64,000 nucleotides of DNA from Octopus vulgaris (lineage: Eukaryota). Of this stretch, positions 12,177 through 28,312 are shown piece after piece. The notes below the pieces were generated by a model, which searched no databases, was not told the DNA's origin, and worked only from the letters and a program-made list of their open reading frames with translations. The translations under genes and the position numbers were made by a program. The stretch's first letter is position 1. The number at the start of each line of letters is the position of its first letter. The stretch covers positions 123,566,001-123,630,000 of the forward strand of contig OX597820.1 in assembly GCA_951406725.2 (NCBI GenBank), written 5' to 3'.

Positions 12177-12619
12177 AATTTATATCAGATTATGTAAGTC
12201 GGAACAAAAAATCTTATTTCAAGATACGTTTTCAAACTGAACCTGACGCTTTTTCAAGCTGGGAGCCGTTTGTTTTGCGTTTTCTTGTCAAGATGTAATT
12301 CTACAGTTTCAGATATGTTGTATGGGAATTTGAGCTTCATCTTGTCATAAAGTGGAAAACTATAAATGGTAAAGAAAACAGAAGGAAATTTCCCAAAATA
12401 TATAAACATACATACAAGCAAAACACACGTATATCATTTTTCTACTGGAAGAAAAGCAAGGATTATTCATTTTTGACAGCGAATACCATTTCTTATTCAT
12501 CCATAATAGGAATTAAAATACTTTCACTACTGCTGCTACGCCTACTAGAAAAAGAAGAAAGACATCTTCTAGTAATACTAATAAAAATAATAATTGAAAG
12601 AAAGAATAGAAGAGCGAAG

Positions 12620-12734
12620 GAAGAAAGGAATGGAGGAAGAAGAAGAAAAGCAAAAGGAGATGAGAAATAGTAGTAGTGGTAGTGGTGGAAGTAGTAGTAG
12701 ATGAAGAAGAAGAAGAAGGAGGAGGAGGAGGATG

Positions 12735-12766
<32 letters not shown>

Positions 12767-12885
12767 TAGAAGAAGAAGAAGAAGAAGAAGAAGAAGAAGA
12801 CGACGAGGAAGAAGAAGAAGAAGAAAAAGAAGAAGAAGAAGAAGAAGAAGAAGAAGAAGAAGAAGAAGAAGAAGAAGAAGAAGGA
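12620..12885. repeat. (GAA)n-rich polypurine tract
   Basis: Read directly. Confidence 0.95.
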
Positions 12886-14100
12886 CGAAGCCAGAATGCG
12901 GTATATAATAACAGAAAATGACAGGCATCGAACCTTAATCAGGGGGTTGGCGGCTGGGCTCCTCTTATGCAAGATTAATGCTTGCCTGTTTTTAAAAACT
13001 CGGTAATCCATTCAGAGATCATTGTTTTTGTTTATACTTTCTTAATTTTATTCTATGTTTTTTTTTATTGCTTTCACGGTTTGCTTTTGCATATGACATG
13101 CTTCTTTCGATCATTCAGAAAAATTATTCTGTTATGATGTTCCTAGTTTGTGTAGGAAACCTGCTTGTAGCAGTAGCAAAAACAACAACTATAAAGGTAA
13201 AGACAAAATGAACTGCAGCAACAATGATAACGGTATAAACTGAAGCTTCAGTCACAGGTACATCCACCCACGCCTACACCAACACCAACGTCACAGTAAC
13301 GATTATATATTTACGGCAATACAACCCTCTAGCAAATTCAGTAGTATCGACGAAGTGGATCCTGCTATAAAAGCCAATAACACTACCACCACCACCTGCA
13401 CCACTTAGGGCTACAGCAGTAGTAACAAAAACAGTGAAATGACAAGTACAACAAAAACGAAGTTAACTTCACTCATAATAACATCATCTGAAAAATTGCA
13501 ATAATATTTACAATAATTACAAAACGATATCCCATGTCAAAATGTCTGAGATTATTTGGGGAAAGGGATATTCTTATTAAGGGACTGTTATCGTCGTCGT
13601 CATCATCGTCGTCATCGTCGTCATCGTTGTAAACATGATCACGATCATAATCACCATCATTAATGTTCTTTTCTTGAATTTCTTTTCATACTCTTCTGTG
13701 TTGGTAATAAGAGCTATCGTAGCCAACATCACTATTTACTCCATCTCAAATCGAAAAACAAAAAAAAAAAATGGCGAGAAATGTAAGACAACCAGACTGT
13801 ACACGCACACGCACACACACATACACACACACACACACGTATATGTATATAGATATACATATATAATAATTTAATAAATAACACATATGTATACATACAT
13901 ACATATATGTACATACCTACATCTATATGTATATATACATGCAATAAACGTAGAACACAACGAGAAACGAAAACATAAAACCAAACAAGGAAACGGATTT
14001 TTTTAACAACGAAAAAACAGAGTACAAGACAAACAACACAAGGAACATTCCCCTTCTTCAGCTGCCCCTGTTTCAACTTATTCCGTGTTTCGAAGGTAAG

Positions 14101-14614
<514 letters not shown>

Positions 14615-15074
14615 GTGCTTTGTATATCAAGGGCTAGTCAACCTAAAGTATCCGTTTCAAGCTGGAAAGCTGCGATGAGTCGAAGAGTTGACTGCTATTT
14701 CTAGCAGATGCAGTGGCCTCGTACAAGCTGCATCAACGGCTTGTATGGCTGTGTCTACAAAGATTTGGTATAGGGAAAATCAGCTCTCGCCAGTGTATAT
14801 ATCTCTGGTAATATCTAAATTCTACCAAAATGTTAATGCCACTATTAGCTATCTTTGTTGAGTCCCAATATCATACTTGATTGCAAAGAGCAACAACTGT
14901 ATAATATACTCACAAGTAGACAATCTGCATCATTGGAAGTGAGATAAGTTTAGTGACAGACATAAAAATGCATTGTAATGGGACCTCGTCCAACTGACTC
15001 TCTCGCTGTATTGAATATTACAATGAACAGTCACAGAGCACAAGTCAGATACACGAATCGGGTGCATTTCGTAT

Positions 15075-15464
15075 GGATATGGAAGCACTCCGTCGGTTAC
15101 AACGACGAGGGTTCCGGTTGATCCGAATCGACGGAACAGCCTGCTCGTGAAATTAACGTGTAAGTGGCTGAGCACTCCACAGACACGTGCACCCTTAACG
15201 TAGTTCTCGGGGATATTCAGCGTGACACAGAGAGTGACAAGGCCGGCCCTTTGAAATACAGTTACAACAGAAACAGGAAGTAAGAGTGAGAGAAAGTTGT
15301 GGTGAAAGATTACAGCAGGGATCACCACCATCCCCTGCCGGAGCCTCGTGAAGCTTTAGGTGTTTTCGCTCAATAAACACTCACAACGCCCGGTCTGGGA
15401 ATCGAAACCGCGATCCTATGACCGCGAGTCCACTGCCTTAACCACTGGGCCATTGTGCCTCCAC
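15075..15464 (-). mobile_element. Full-length tRNA-derived SINE family C with 11-bp TSD
   Basis: A/B-box head TGGCCCAGTGGTTAAGGCA...GGTTTCGATTCCC. TSD GCATTTCGTAT at 15064-15074 and 15465-15475. Near-identical copy at 55.3 kb. Confidence 0.9.
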
Positions 15465-17015
15465 GCATTTCGTATAATCTAACGATCAATCATACAAAGT
15501 CAACTTGAAGTAAAGCTTTCAAATTTGTCAGCTTGTAAATTTTATTCAATTATTCTCTAAATCAAATTACATTATATTACCGTTAATGTCATTTGATCCT
15601 TCTTTTATGAGCATACATAACCTCAAAAGTGTAGCTAAATATTTAAACCTTTATATTCAAATGCTCACTTGTTTGAAAACATTTGTCAAATCAGATAGCT
15701 TTAAAGGGAGTTATATTAATTATATTAATCTCAATTTGCTTTGTTCTTTTAGAAATGGACTTTTGAAATAAACGTAGCTTTACGAGCCTACGAGCACCAT
15801 AACATACCTAACCTAACACCTTCCAATCACAAGAATCGATAACTTGGATGTGTATTTCCACTTTCTATGGTTTTGAGTTGATGGAGAACAAGCATATCCT
15901 CCATAGGAAACCAGTTTATCGCATTGCGGTAATGTAACAAATAATAGTGGGGCTTTGCTACTGAAGCTAAATGTTATAGCCGAACGCACTACATAATGCC
16001 GGCAACTATATTTGATCAGACAGCAACTCAGCTCGTTTAATAATCACTAGGCTAATTAACTAATGATAAAATGTATTTATTAAGCTTGCTATAAAAGGCA
16101 TACAACTAATCAAAGATTGAACACTGTTTCCTTATATACCAAAATATCTTCATAGATATGTTGTGTTAAAAAACACATTATAAGGTGTTCTTGTGAGTTG
16201 CTGCAGTGAATCATAAGAACGACAGACGCTCTGATATGTCATGTTTTTTGATATAATAGTTTGTAAAGAGATTATTATCTCAGACAATCCCACAACATAA
16301 TGGGAATTTTTAAAGTGAAAGATTTGCAATCAGATATTGAAAATGCATGGAAGCCTCATTTTCAAGCCAAATTGGATATTTCTTACATAGGCTCAAATGA
16401 AAGAAATAACGTATATCGAATGTTTTTTTTTTGGTTTGCATTAAGTGGATGTCATGTATAAATGCTGATTTTATCTTCCACCGAGTAGAGCAAGACAAAA
16501 TTCAAAATCATTAGGTATTGAACTTAAACATAGCTGAGCTGAAACTTGTTTACTTAAGTGATGCCCAATTTCTATCAGGTTGGTGCCATTTAACAGCGAT
16601 TAATGTCGATGACAGCAGTAATAGTACAATTAACATTTCATTAGATGCTAAAAACAGAATTGTTTTTACCCTTATTGAAAAACAAAAGAACAAATTGATT
16701 GTTCAGTAGATTAATTCCAATTCATTCCTTATCAACAAACAAGAACATCAATCAATTTTGAATATCTTTTTATACTCCTTCTTCCATCGTCTCCTTTATA
16801 TCCACCACAATATTCTCCTCCTCATTTTGGCCTGTTACACTCTCTTCCTCTACCGTTATCATGATCATCACCGACATCATCATCATTGCTAGTACTATTG
16901 ACACTATCGTCAAAAAGAATAAAACTACAAAAGATACGAGTAAAAACTGTAAGAACGAAACAGTGTAAAAAAGCACCACACCTCACCAAAAAAAAATCAA
17001 TCAAATCGCACTCTC

Positions 17016-17055
<40 letters not shown>

Positions 17056-18249
17056 GACACAGACACACAACACACACAAATAAACACGTACACACACACA
17101 CACACGCACCACGTTCATACATACACGTATATGTGTGTGTGACCATTCACCTATAAAGTTGTTTCGAATCAGAACCAAAATGGCCGTTATCAATTTATAT
17201 CACTTAAAATACAAACCTAAAATTTCAATGTTATCTGATATCAATATTCTGTTTAGCAGCCAAAATTTCGAATTTGTAAATTTTAACGGTATTTTTGCTT
17301 TCTTTCCAGAAGACAATAATTGTTTTAAAGTATAAAAGAGAATAAAACCTCTATTCACAAAACGAACACCATACCAGCCGCAATTGTTAGAATCATTAGC
17401 GCTTGCCTCTTCCTGCTACTCCACCTTTTCCTCTCCCTCATTATTATCCTCATCTCTCCCCCCCTCTCTCTCTCTCTTTCTGTCCCCATTTCTCTCTCTT
17501 TCCCATTAAACGATCTAGCAATTAGAAAGGCAACCGAGATATAATAAATTTTAAAAAATTAACATCGAATGAATTTTGTGAGTCAATAAATTTATTAACC
17601 CGAAAATAAATACAATTTGTATTGCTAAATTGATTGTATAGGAGGTTAATTCTGCCCCTCTTTTCACATCATAAGAGGCAATTAAAAAGAAATACAAATA
17701 AAAAATGAAAATAAGTAACTCAAACAATAGCAATAAAAGCAATAGAAAACAATAAAATGTGAATATTTTGTTGAATTTTTATGAGAGCAAATTAGTTCTG
17801 CTTTCGCAATTCATAGTATTTGTTAAATTTATTTGTTTCATGTTAGATCAGAGGAGAAGTTTAAAATCTTACTGTAATTAAACTATAAAATTATATACCT
17901 TATAAATGAATGGTAAAAAATCGATATAATTAATTGACTATTGGTTTCTAAATACTTGTAGATAACATTGTTGAAGGAGAGTTGGTACTGAAGTTGTATT
18001 CCTGTTTGTTTGATGGAGTTTTGCGAAACTAGAGCGATTAAATCAGTCGGTATTGCTTTCATGTTTTATATATTATGATTACTGCATTTGTGGTAAGCGG
18101 AAGCAGTTGATCCTTTTGGAGGAACACACACACACACATATATATATATATAATACAAATAAGAAAATGGAGAAACAATTTAGTTTGTTCATCAACATTC
18201 GGATATTAGAATGTTGAATTATTTATTCATTTATCAAAATGAGAACCTT

Positions 18250-18346
<97 letters not shown>

Positions 18347-18672
18347 CATTTATATATAATATATATATGAATATGCATATATATGTATATATATATACAT
18401 AAATATTTATATATATATACATTTATATATAATATATATATGAATATGTATATATATATATATATAAATTTTTAAAATAGGATAATTTCTTAATAAGAAA
18501 TCTTAACAAGAAATTATCAAGTAGTTAGCGTGAAAAACCTCATAAGAGAAAGAAAATATTTATTTATATCGTATAGAGGGCATTATTACACATAAATGCC
18601 GTACGCTCACGCTAGGAGGGACTCTTAAAGTCATAACTACGAAATATAAACATGTTTTTGTTCGCTGAAAGC

Positions 18673-18760
<88 letters not shown>

Positions 18761-18786
18761 TTATAAATATATATATATATATAATA

Positions 18787-19432
<646 letters not shown>

Positions 19433-19817
19433 AACACACACTCACATGCGTGTGTGTGCGCGCACGTGAGTGTGTACTTGTATATATACACTAACATCTA
19501 ACGTTGAGATTGAATGCTCTACACGGCGTTAATGGATAAATATTCTTTATTCGTGGGTTAACAAAGGCTGCCATTGGCTTCTTGCTGAGAGAAATGTGTC
19601 TATAACCATCTAGCCCGCCACATTGAATGTCTGTATCCATCACCATCTTGGATGAGAATACACAAAGTTATAAGATACCGTACGAGATTTTGGGATGAAT
19701 AAATATTTCGATTATGGGAGGTAACTTTTCAGAATCTCGTAAATTCTTGTTTCCTTTGCATTAGTCCGGGAATCTTTGTAAGAAATCGCTTTTATCAGTA
19801 AGAAAGCCGACAGAAAT

Positions 19818-19866
<49 letters not shown>

Positions 19867-19869
19867 CAT

Positions 19870-19927
<58 letters not shown>

Positions 19928-20102
19928 CCCGGGTAGTGTGCACACACATATGTATCCCACACCTATATAAGATATATATATAATTACACAGAATATATTC
20001 ATATATTTCTCCCACTACAGGATTGATCGTCGGCCTCCCCCAGACGTATCTATCTACCTGTCTACCTCTGTTTGTTTTGGAATTTTAAATTCCTGGATTT
20101 TC

Positions 20103-20180
<78 letters not shown>

Positions 20181-20218
20181 ATTTATATAAGCTATCTATC
20201 TACATGTCTATCTGTGAG

Positions 20219-20288
<70 letters not shown>

Positions 20289-20574
20289 TCCCCAGAAATT
20301 GAAATGCACGAGGTATACATGAAATGTCATAATTCAAATTAGAAATGGAACCTTGAACGATACAAACACAGGTGTTTCAAAAACGTAAAATAACATTTCC
20401 TTGTTATTAGTATAGCTATTCTACTTAGTATTAGGCTATATAATGTGAACTTTAAATTCACCAAGAAAGAACAAAATAGCGAGACATCAACAAAGTAACA
20501 CCTTGATAACAAACATAAAATATATTTGCGTGCTACAAATATTTGTTGATAATATATAATGGAATTCATATATG

Positions 20575-20673
<99 letters not shown>

Positions 20674-21507
20674 CATACATATACACACTATTCCTACCTT
20701 ATTAGTTCTATATATAATGATATAACCTTGTTAATAATGTCACCCTTCCATAATTTATGAGTTTAAAATCAAGAATTATGTTTCAGTAAGACGAAATTAA
20801 TTGCTCATTATCTTAAACTACAATAATTAATGCATTACAGAGCAAATATATCTATTGAGACATGTTAGTGTGAGAGATTAAAGAATTTATGAACGAAATG
20901 TTAAAGGTTAAATAGAATGAAGTCTTAGTATTAGAATTAATGGCGATTTATGAAATATTACATATTAATTGTTGTTTGAAACGGCAGAAGATTAAATGTT
21001 ATATAGAATGAGACAAAGCCGTTTGAAAATTGGTCGAGCCATTTGATTAGTATTCGGACTATAAGAATGTAAACTTAGAATGAAAATAGAAAAAATAATG
21101 AAATCGCGACGCTAAGATAAAATGAATCTGGAAGGCGTTTTACTGTTTCAGATAGTTTGTCATGCATTTTCTACATACATCAAAATATTGTAATAACGTG
21201 ACAAGGAATCAACTTAATCATACGAAAGAAATATAGTCGATATAGAAGATTTTATCGACTGGGTTTCATGGCGTCTGGTCGTGTAGACCTATAACGAAAG
21301 TACTACCAGTTATCAACATCTCTCTCGTAAAATATTTCAAGCTGCATTGCTATATTCTTTCTCTGTAAAGGCATGAGAACGTGAATTAATGATGATCTGT
21401 CTGCTACTTTAGGAAGTCAGCGAACCACGCATGACTCTGTCTCACAGCTATTGTACTTCGTTCACGTGGACTGTGGGTTCAAGTCCACTCATTTCCTTTT
21501 TATTTAT

Positions 21508-21735
21508 TTTCTTTTCTTCTTTTACTTGTTTCAGTCATTTGACTGCAGCTATGCTAGAGAAACGCTTTTAGTCGAGCAAATCGACCCCGGGACGTATTCC
21601 TTGTAAGCCTAGTACTTATTCTATCGGTCTCATTTGCCGAACCACTAAGTTACGAGGACGTAAACACTCCAGCATCGGTTGTCAAGCGATGTTGGGGGGA
21701 CAAACACAGACACACAAACATATGCACATATACAT

Positions 21736-21818
<83 letters not shown>

Positions 21819-21974
21819 TACGACGGGCTTCATTCAGGTTCTGTCTACCAAATCCACTCACAGGGCTTTGGTTGGCCCGAGGCTATAGAAGAAGACACTT
21901 GCTACGCAGTGAGACTGAACCCAGAACCATGTAGTTGGTAAGCAAGTTGCTTACAACACAGTCCCTCCTACGCC
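21508..21974 (-). mobile_element. SINE family A, full length
   Basis: Head, CORE-like CAAGTGTCTTC, internal (CA)/(TA) repeat and conserved tail. Homologous to the 36.6 and 48.1 kb copies. Confidence 0.85.
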
Positions 21975-22697
21975 TCTAAATATAGATATTTGCTTGATAT
22001 AAAAATAGAGATACAGTATACTAAGATCTATTCCTAAACGTGTTCGACTGTAGTTGAACAATATTGTAGACAAATTATGTCTTTGATTGAGATCTATATT
22101 TCACAGTGTTCACTTCTTGAAAAAAAAAATGAAAAGTACAGTCATCCACCCTTAGGAGTGAGTAAGGCTTGGCCGCCTCTACTCTGCTTATGCTTACGGC
22201 TATGTGTACCCATGTAATCACCTGAAGAGAAATGCACACTCTCGTATCGTTTACTCTTTATCCAGCGCGACACAGAGGATGTAACACAAAGGAAAAGAGG
22301 GCTACATCGGATAGTACTCAGAACAGTTGCGCAGAATAATTTAACCACGAAACTACGAACCTCCACATCTTTGCATGCACGAAAGACGATGTTCAGGATA
22401 TGAATTAAATCTCATACAGCGTATAGAATAAGAATATATGTCTTAGAATGCATTTCATCCAAACCTCGATCAATTTGGCCAACACACCGAAACATTTAAT
22501 AAGAACTATGAATTGTTCTTTGCTCACATCCCAGTCAATGATTAGGAACAAACAGTGCAGCTTTATCAAACATTTTTTCGGAGTCTATTTCGAAAAGTAA
22601 GACTAGTGAATGTACTAAATTATATTCAGACTTTAATCAGACTAACACTATGCAAGCAAATATGCAAATATATATACACACATATATATATATATAT

Positions 22698-22734
<37 letters not shown>

Positions 22735-22763
22735 CGAGAAAGAAGCAACAAGAATGGATTAGT

Positions 22764-22854
22764 TTTTAGTACAATTGTTTCATACAAAGACAGGTTTTAT
22801 TAAGAATTGCAAATATTGCAGCAGATAAAAGTGTCCCGTACTCATCAGCTAAAA
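22764..22854 (-). ncRNA. Type I hammerhead ribozyme, canonical core, extended stem II
   Basis: Reverse complement of the 23214-23304 motif. Confidence 0.85.
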
Positions 22855-23213
22855 CACATATGAGTTCTCCAAATATCTTAGTGGGTGAGGCTACACTCAT
22901 GAAGTATTGGAGATAATTTCATTAAAAGCAGATTCAGGTTGTAAACAGACTTCCGAAGTTATTTAATGATGATGCACAGTCTTATCACAGGTTTTAAAAA
23001 AAAAGCTTATTAGCTTCACAGAGAAGGTGAATTAATCCGTAGTGTAGGTGTAAATTTCCAGAGATATGAGGAGGTGTTTCATACTCACAGACGATGAATT
23101 TATCCATGGTTAATCCACAATGAGGTGGGTATAATTTCATGCTACATGATAAGGTATTTGCCACATTACTGTTCTCTTCACAAGACTGCTATGTTATGGA
23201 GAACTCATATGTG

Positions 23214-23304
23214 TTTTAGCTGATGAGTACGGGACACTTTTATCTGCTGCAATATTTGCAACTTTTAATAAAACCTGTCTTTGTATGAAACAATTGTACT
23301 AAAA
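23214..23304 (+). ncRNA. Type I hammerhead ribozyme, canonical core, extended stem II
   Basis: TTTTAG-CTGATGA-GTACGGGACA...TGTCTTTGTAT-GAAA-CAATTG-TA-CTAAAA. Predicted cleavage after A23298 (GUA). Confidence 0.85.
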
Positions 23305-23449
23305 ACTAATCCATTCTTGTTGCTTCTTTCTCGTTTATAATCACCCCACATTACTGTATGGTTAACACCATATATTTTTCTGGTGCATCTAAGTTAAGTA
23401 CCGTATTCAAGTGAATTCATTAGAATTGACTTGAATCTTAATTACTTTT

Positions 23450-23485
<36 letters not shown>

Positions 23486-23489
<4 letters not shown>

Positions 23490-23724
23490 GTTTCAATATT
23501 TGTTGTGCAAGATTTTTTTATGTTAAGTCGTGTGTTGAAACAGATATTGTTATATTTCGGAATGGTCATATTGCCAGTTTAGGAGTGTGACGAAAGAACT
23601 CTGGCCGAAATAAGATTAAGATTAATGTACAAAATAAATAACACTGAAGCAAAATAACACCAAATATATAGTGCGTGTGTTTTTATTTGCTAAACTGGCA
23701 ATATGACCATTCCGAAATATAACA

Positions 23725-23728
<4 letters not shown>
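23486..23728. mobile_element. Foldback element between (TA)n tracts, rearranged copy of the 50.37-50.58 kb repeat
   Basis: 23545-23582 is the reverse complement of 23690-23727. The inverted part starts at GGAGTGTGACGAAAGAACTC, the 3' half of an HHR. Confidence 0.75.
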
Positions 23729-23776
<48 letters not shown>

Positions 23777-24346
23777 GAATACATTAATCTGTTCGCAAGT
23801 GTATCTTACTTTCATATTTCCTTTGTCTTCACATATACGTATCGGTACTGATGCACATGCATATATAAACACAAAGATGCATAAAGGTAAAGAGATTCAA
23901 AAACACACACACGCACACACACGCACACACACATTTGTATATATCACACGCATACACAGGCACAATGTCTCTTAAAAGTATAAATATTTGTATCCAAGCA
24001 CTTGTTTACGTATATCTATACACACACTTGTACATACCTATTTATTGGAACATAGATCGATATACACACGCACGCAAACACGCCAACACGAAAACACACA
24101 CACGTACACACATACCATATGATTAACTATTAACAGATTTATTCAAGAAACGCTTGTGGAATTCGAAAATAGCTGAGGCAATCAATTAGACAGCATTCCT
24201 ATCATCATATATTAGTTGCCTAATAATTAACTTTGATGTTTTGCCCTCTTCTTGCTCTGACCTACATCAGCGGTTGATCATTAAGAATTATTTTTCATTT
24301 AAAAGTAACATTTCTGTGTTTTATTTCTTTCCTTTTTGCAATATGT

Positions 24347-24545
<199 letters not shown>

Positions 24546-24855
24546 TCCGCCTGACTGACTGTCAACTCATCCATTCATCCATCCATCAATCCAGGCAGCC
24601 AGCCAGCCAATTACCTAGCTAGCCAGCAGCTAGCTTGTTCACTATCTATTTATCTACCGGTTTGTGTGTCACTCAGTCTGTTTCTCCGCCTCTCTTCCCC
24701 TCTGCATCCCACTCTTTTTCTATCTAAACATTTTCATATCTCTCTCAACACGTTTATACCTTTAAGAGAACGTTACACATACATATACATATATACACAT
24801 ACATATGCAAATTTATGTGCACATATGTGAGACCATACATACGAGTATACACACA

Positions 24856-24886
<31 letters not shown>

Positions 24887-24888
24887 CC

Positions 24889-24919
<31 letters not shown>

Positions 24920-25949
24920 CACATATACACACACAAATGCGTGAGTGTAATTTCAATAATGATTTGCAAACACATTTTCAGATTAATATACAGATAATAT
25001 TCGTCGTTGCTGCAATACGCAGTCTTATACAAGCATGGATATACATATACATATATATACGTTAATAAATGTGTGTTCATGTATTACTGTATCCTCTGTG
25101 CGCGTGCGCGTGCATACATACATATATATACATATTGTGATATATTTAGAATATGTGAGTATCTACATATATGTATGTGTATATATATATATATATATGG
25201 ATATGCATGCATATGTATGTAGGTAAGTATAGATATATGCATATATATATGTGTGTATGTGTGTGTATATATATATGTATATATGCATATACACATACAT
25301 ACATACATACATACACACGCACACAAATATATATATATATATATATATGGATATGCACATGCAAATACATAGATAAATGTATTTATCTATGTGTGTGCAA
25401 ATATATAGATAAATGTATTTATCTGTGTGTGTGTATGCGTGTTTTTATCCAGACACGCATACACACACACACACACATATGTACGCGCACACACAAAAAT
25501 AGCGTTATTATTTCAAAATACATACATACATGCATGCATGCATATATAGATAAATACATACATACATACATACGTGCAAACATATAGAAATATCAGATTA
25601 GAAGGTGTCTAGCTGTCGTAAACAACAATCTGAAATTATTTAAATAGAACAAAATATGTGATTGACACATTGGTGGTTCTGTTTTGGCAGAACTGATAAA
25701 CTTGATAAGGTGGCAAACTTTTAAAATTAAAAAAAACCCAAAATAATTTAACAATGAAAAGGAAAAAGAAAATACAAAAACAAACTTGCATATAAATTTT
25801 ATCAAAAGAGATGAAGTAAGAACAAAAATGATTTTGATTAACGAATGAAATAAACCTTAGGAATATATCATCTGTTCATCTATATTTTATCTCGCTTTTG
25901 TAACAGGGATAAGTATATCAAAGAATATATATATAGTTATAATATATAC

Positions 25950-26220
25950 TTATTTATTATTGCATTGAGCATAATGCTTGTTGATACTCTGAGTTCCTCG
26001 AATATCTATGATCCCGTAAGTGAATTCTAATTTCAAAGATATGGAATTTACAGGAAAGTATGCGTATTACACGTTGATAAGGGCCGTATTTAATTATTTC
26101 ACCTATCAGTAATTCTTGGCACTTTAATCTTTTCACTACTTTAATTATGTTATGTTTTCTTGCAGTGATTACTTCGAGATCTTCCATTTCTTTGTGTGGT
26201 TTTTGTCGTTATTTTGTGGA
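25950..26220 (-). mobile_element. Degenerate Penelope-like GIY-YIG fragment
   Basis: KCQELLIGE...LSCK...HLRDHRYSRNSEYQQALCS resembles the Cys-rich/GIY-YIG region of the other Penelope copies. Confidence 0.45.
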
Positions 26221-26876
26221 TTTTCGTGTGAGTAAGCTCACTACCGAACTATACAACTAGGAATATACCCATAGTACATGTTATACAGAGAGACAGTGCA
26301 GAAACAGATCAAGAACGTACATTGAAGAGATAGCAAGTTGCGTGGGTCAGGGGATATGTGAGCAATGGCTGAGGCTCAACGCAGAGAAAAGCTCGTAAGC
26401 ACTCTAACAAAATGCACAGTTAGAACATGGAGGCTTGGTTAATAACATAGATGTTAGGATCTCATCGCCACATACCACAGACATGGTAGCCAGACAAATT
26501 ACGGAGGCCATACATATAATAGAAAATTGACCGAGCTTCACAAGAAAACGTGAATGGAGTAATAACACCTCCTACACCATCACACTACGCAACCTATTGA
26601 CTAAAAAGAGAGAATGTGGAAAAAAATAAAAGACATGGGGACAAAGAGTGCTATATACGAACCCATATATACATATACAAGACACAAATACGCATACTAA
26701 ACACACACATATACAGACACACACAGACAGAGAGGTACAGACATAAACGCATGCTCAGACGGGATACACACAACAGAAAGTCAAAATGGAACAGACAGAA
26801 GAAGAAGAGACAATAGGGACAGAATGTCGTTGAAGAGGTGACAGGATGTGCGACGAAAAATTACTGAAGCATAAGC

Positions 26877-26934
<58 letters not shown>

Positions 26935-27058
26935 AAAATGGAGATGAAACAACTAGTGCACGTGTTTAATTAGCAAGAGATAAGAAACATTAAACATAAT
27001 ATCTCTTTTAACACTCGATTTCACATCAAGAAACACGCAAAACGAATACATAACTGTA

Positions 27059-27160
<102 letters not shown>

Positions 27161-27189
27161 GCAGATATGTATATGTATATATATATATA

Positions 27190-27566
27190 TCTCTCTATAT
27201 ATAAACGGCAGTTTGTCTGTGCGTGTTTCTGTGTGTCTGTTTTCTTGTACCCTCACCCTGACCACGGCTTTCAACCGATTCTGATGAAACTTGACACACA
27301 CATAGCCCAATGTCAAAATTCAAAACTAACGCAGCGAAAATTTTGAAAAGTTCCCCCAGTTCTGAAAAAGATCGGTAAATTCGACATGGGGTCGACAATC
27401 AGAAACACAAACCACAGGGGACGCAACTCGACCTTTTTAACTATCAAAAAAAATTTACCATCATTTTTTTTCCCATTTTTTTTTGCTATTTTTTGGCTAT
27501 AACTCTCTAAAAATGCTTTATAGTTATTTCCCTTACAAACCCGAGCAACGCCGGGCGATACTGCTA

Positions 27567-27567
<1 letters not shown>
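27190..27567 (+). mobile_element. Non-autonomous Helitron inserted in (TA)n
   Basis: 5' TCTCTCTATATATAAA, internal CAACCGATTCTGATGAAACTTGACACA, 3' hairpin CCCGAGCAACGCCGGG about 8 nt before terminal CTAG. A|T insertion site, no TSD. Confidence 0.85.
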
Positions 27568-27654
<87 letters not shown>

Positions 27655-28240
27655 CTGCATTTGCCTGTGTGTGTCTGGGTTAGCATATTATGAATGTATG
27701 CATGTATATATAACCATCCTATGAAATTGGGTGTATTACCATAATCGTCTTATTCAAATGTTAACAATATACATATACATGTGTGTGCACACGTATGTGT
27801 GTACATACACACACGTGCACATGAACACATACACACACACACATATATTTGTGTGTATGTATGTGTGTATGTAGGAGATTTCCTCTTGGATTTTAAAGGT
27901 TAATACCGGTTTACTATACGAAGCTCTAAATTGGCGAATGGCGTTATTCTAACAATGAAAGTGCAATACGTGACTCTTCATACAAAACACAGACTTTTTA
28001 ATAATCTTTTCAGTTTAAGTGTCAGAGCATGAATTATCGAAGATCTTCAAGACGAAAAATGTGTTGGGGAAATCTACTCAATCAGACAATGTTCACTTGA
28101 TAATGTTTGAATTACTGCTACCAAAAATATCATTAGTAAACTTTCACAGCAGAATGAAAATCTATTTCGATTATATGTCAGATCCGACACAATTTACATT
28201 TTTGTAGTCTTTCCTGATCCAAATGTTTTACTATACATAC

Positions 28241-28271
<31 letters not shown>

Positions 28272-28312
28272 CATACATACATACATACATACATACATAC
28301 ATACATACATAC

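Larger units (their letters stand above)
22734..23452. mobile_element. Foldback element between (TA)n tracts with ~138-bp near-perfect inverted arms, each containing an intact HHR
   Basis: Arms 22734-22871 and 23197-23334 are reverse complements with very few differences. Confidence 0.85.

Noticed and set aside
12215-12262. Additional HHR-like remnants (also ~10040-10100, 19681-19741, 31678-31750, 35825-35875, 39323-39378, 41805-41870, 56213-56270)
   Set aside because: Each has only partial boxes or poor stems. They are plausible decayed copies but cannot be supported individually without a consensus.
15390-15464. tRNA gene (also ~55565-55640 and ~9705-9779)
   Set aside because: It is the tRNA-like head of a SINE, with a shared body and TSDs, and has no proper acceptor stem.
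26330-26560. RQITEAIHIIEN..RKREW relic suggestive of another GIY-YIG C-terminus
   Set aside because: Too short and decayed to call as a feature.
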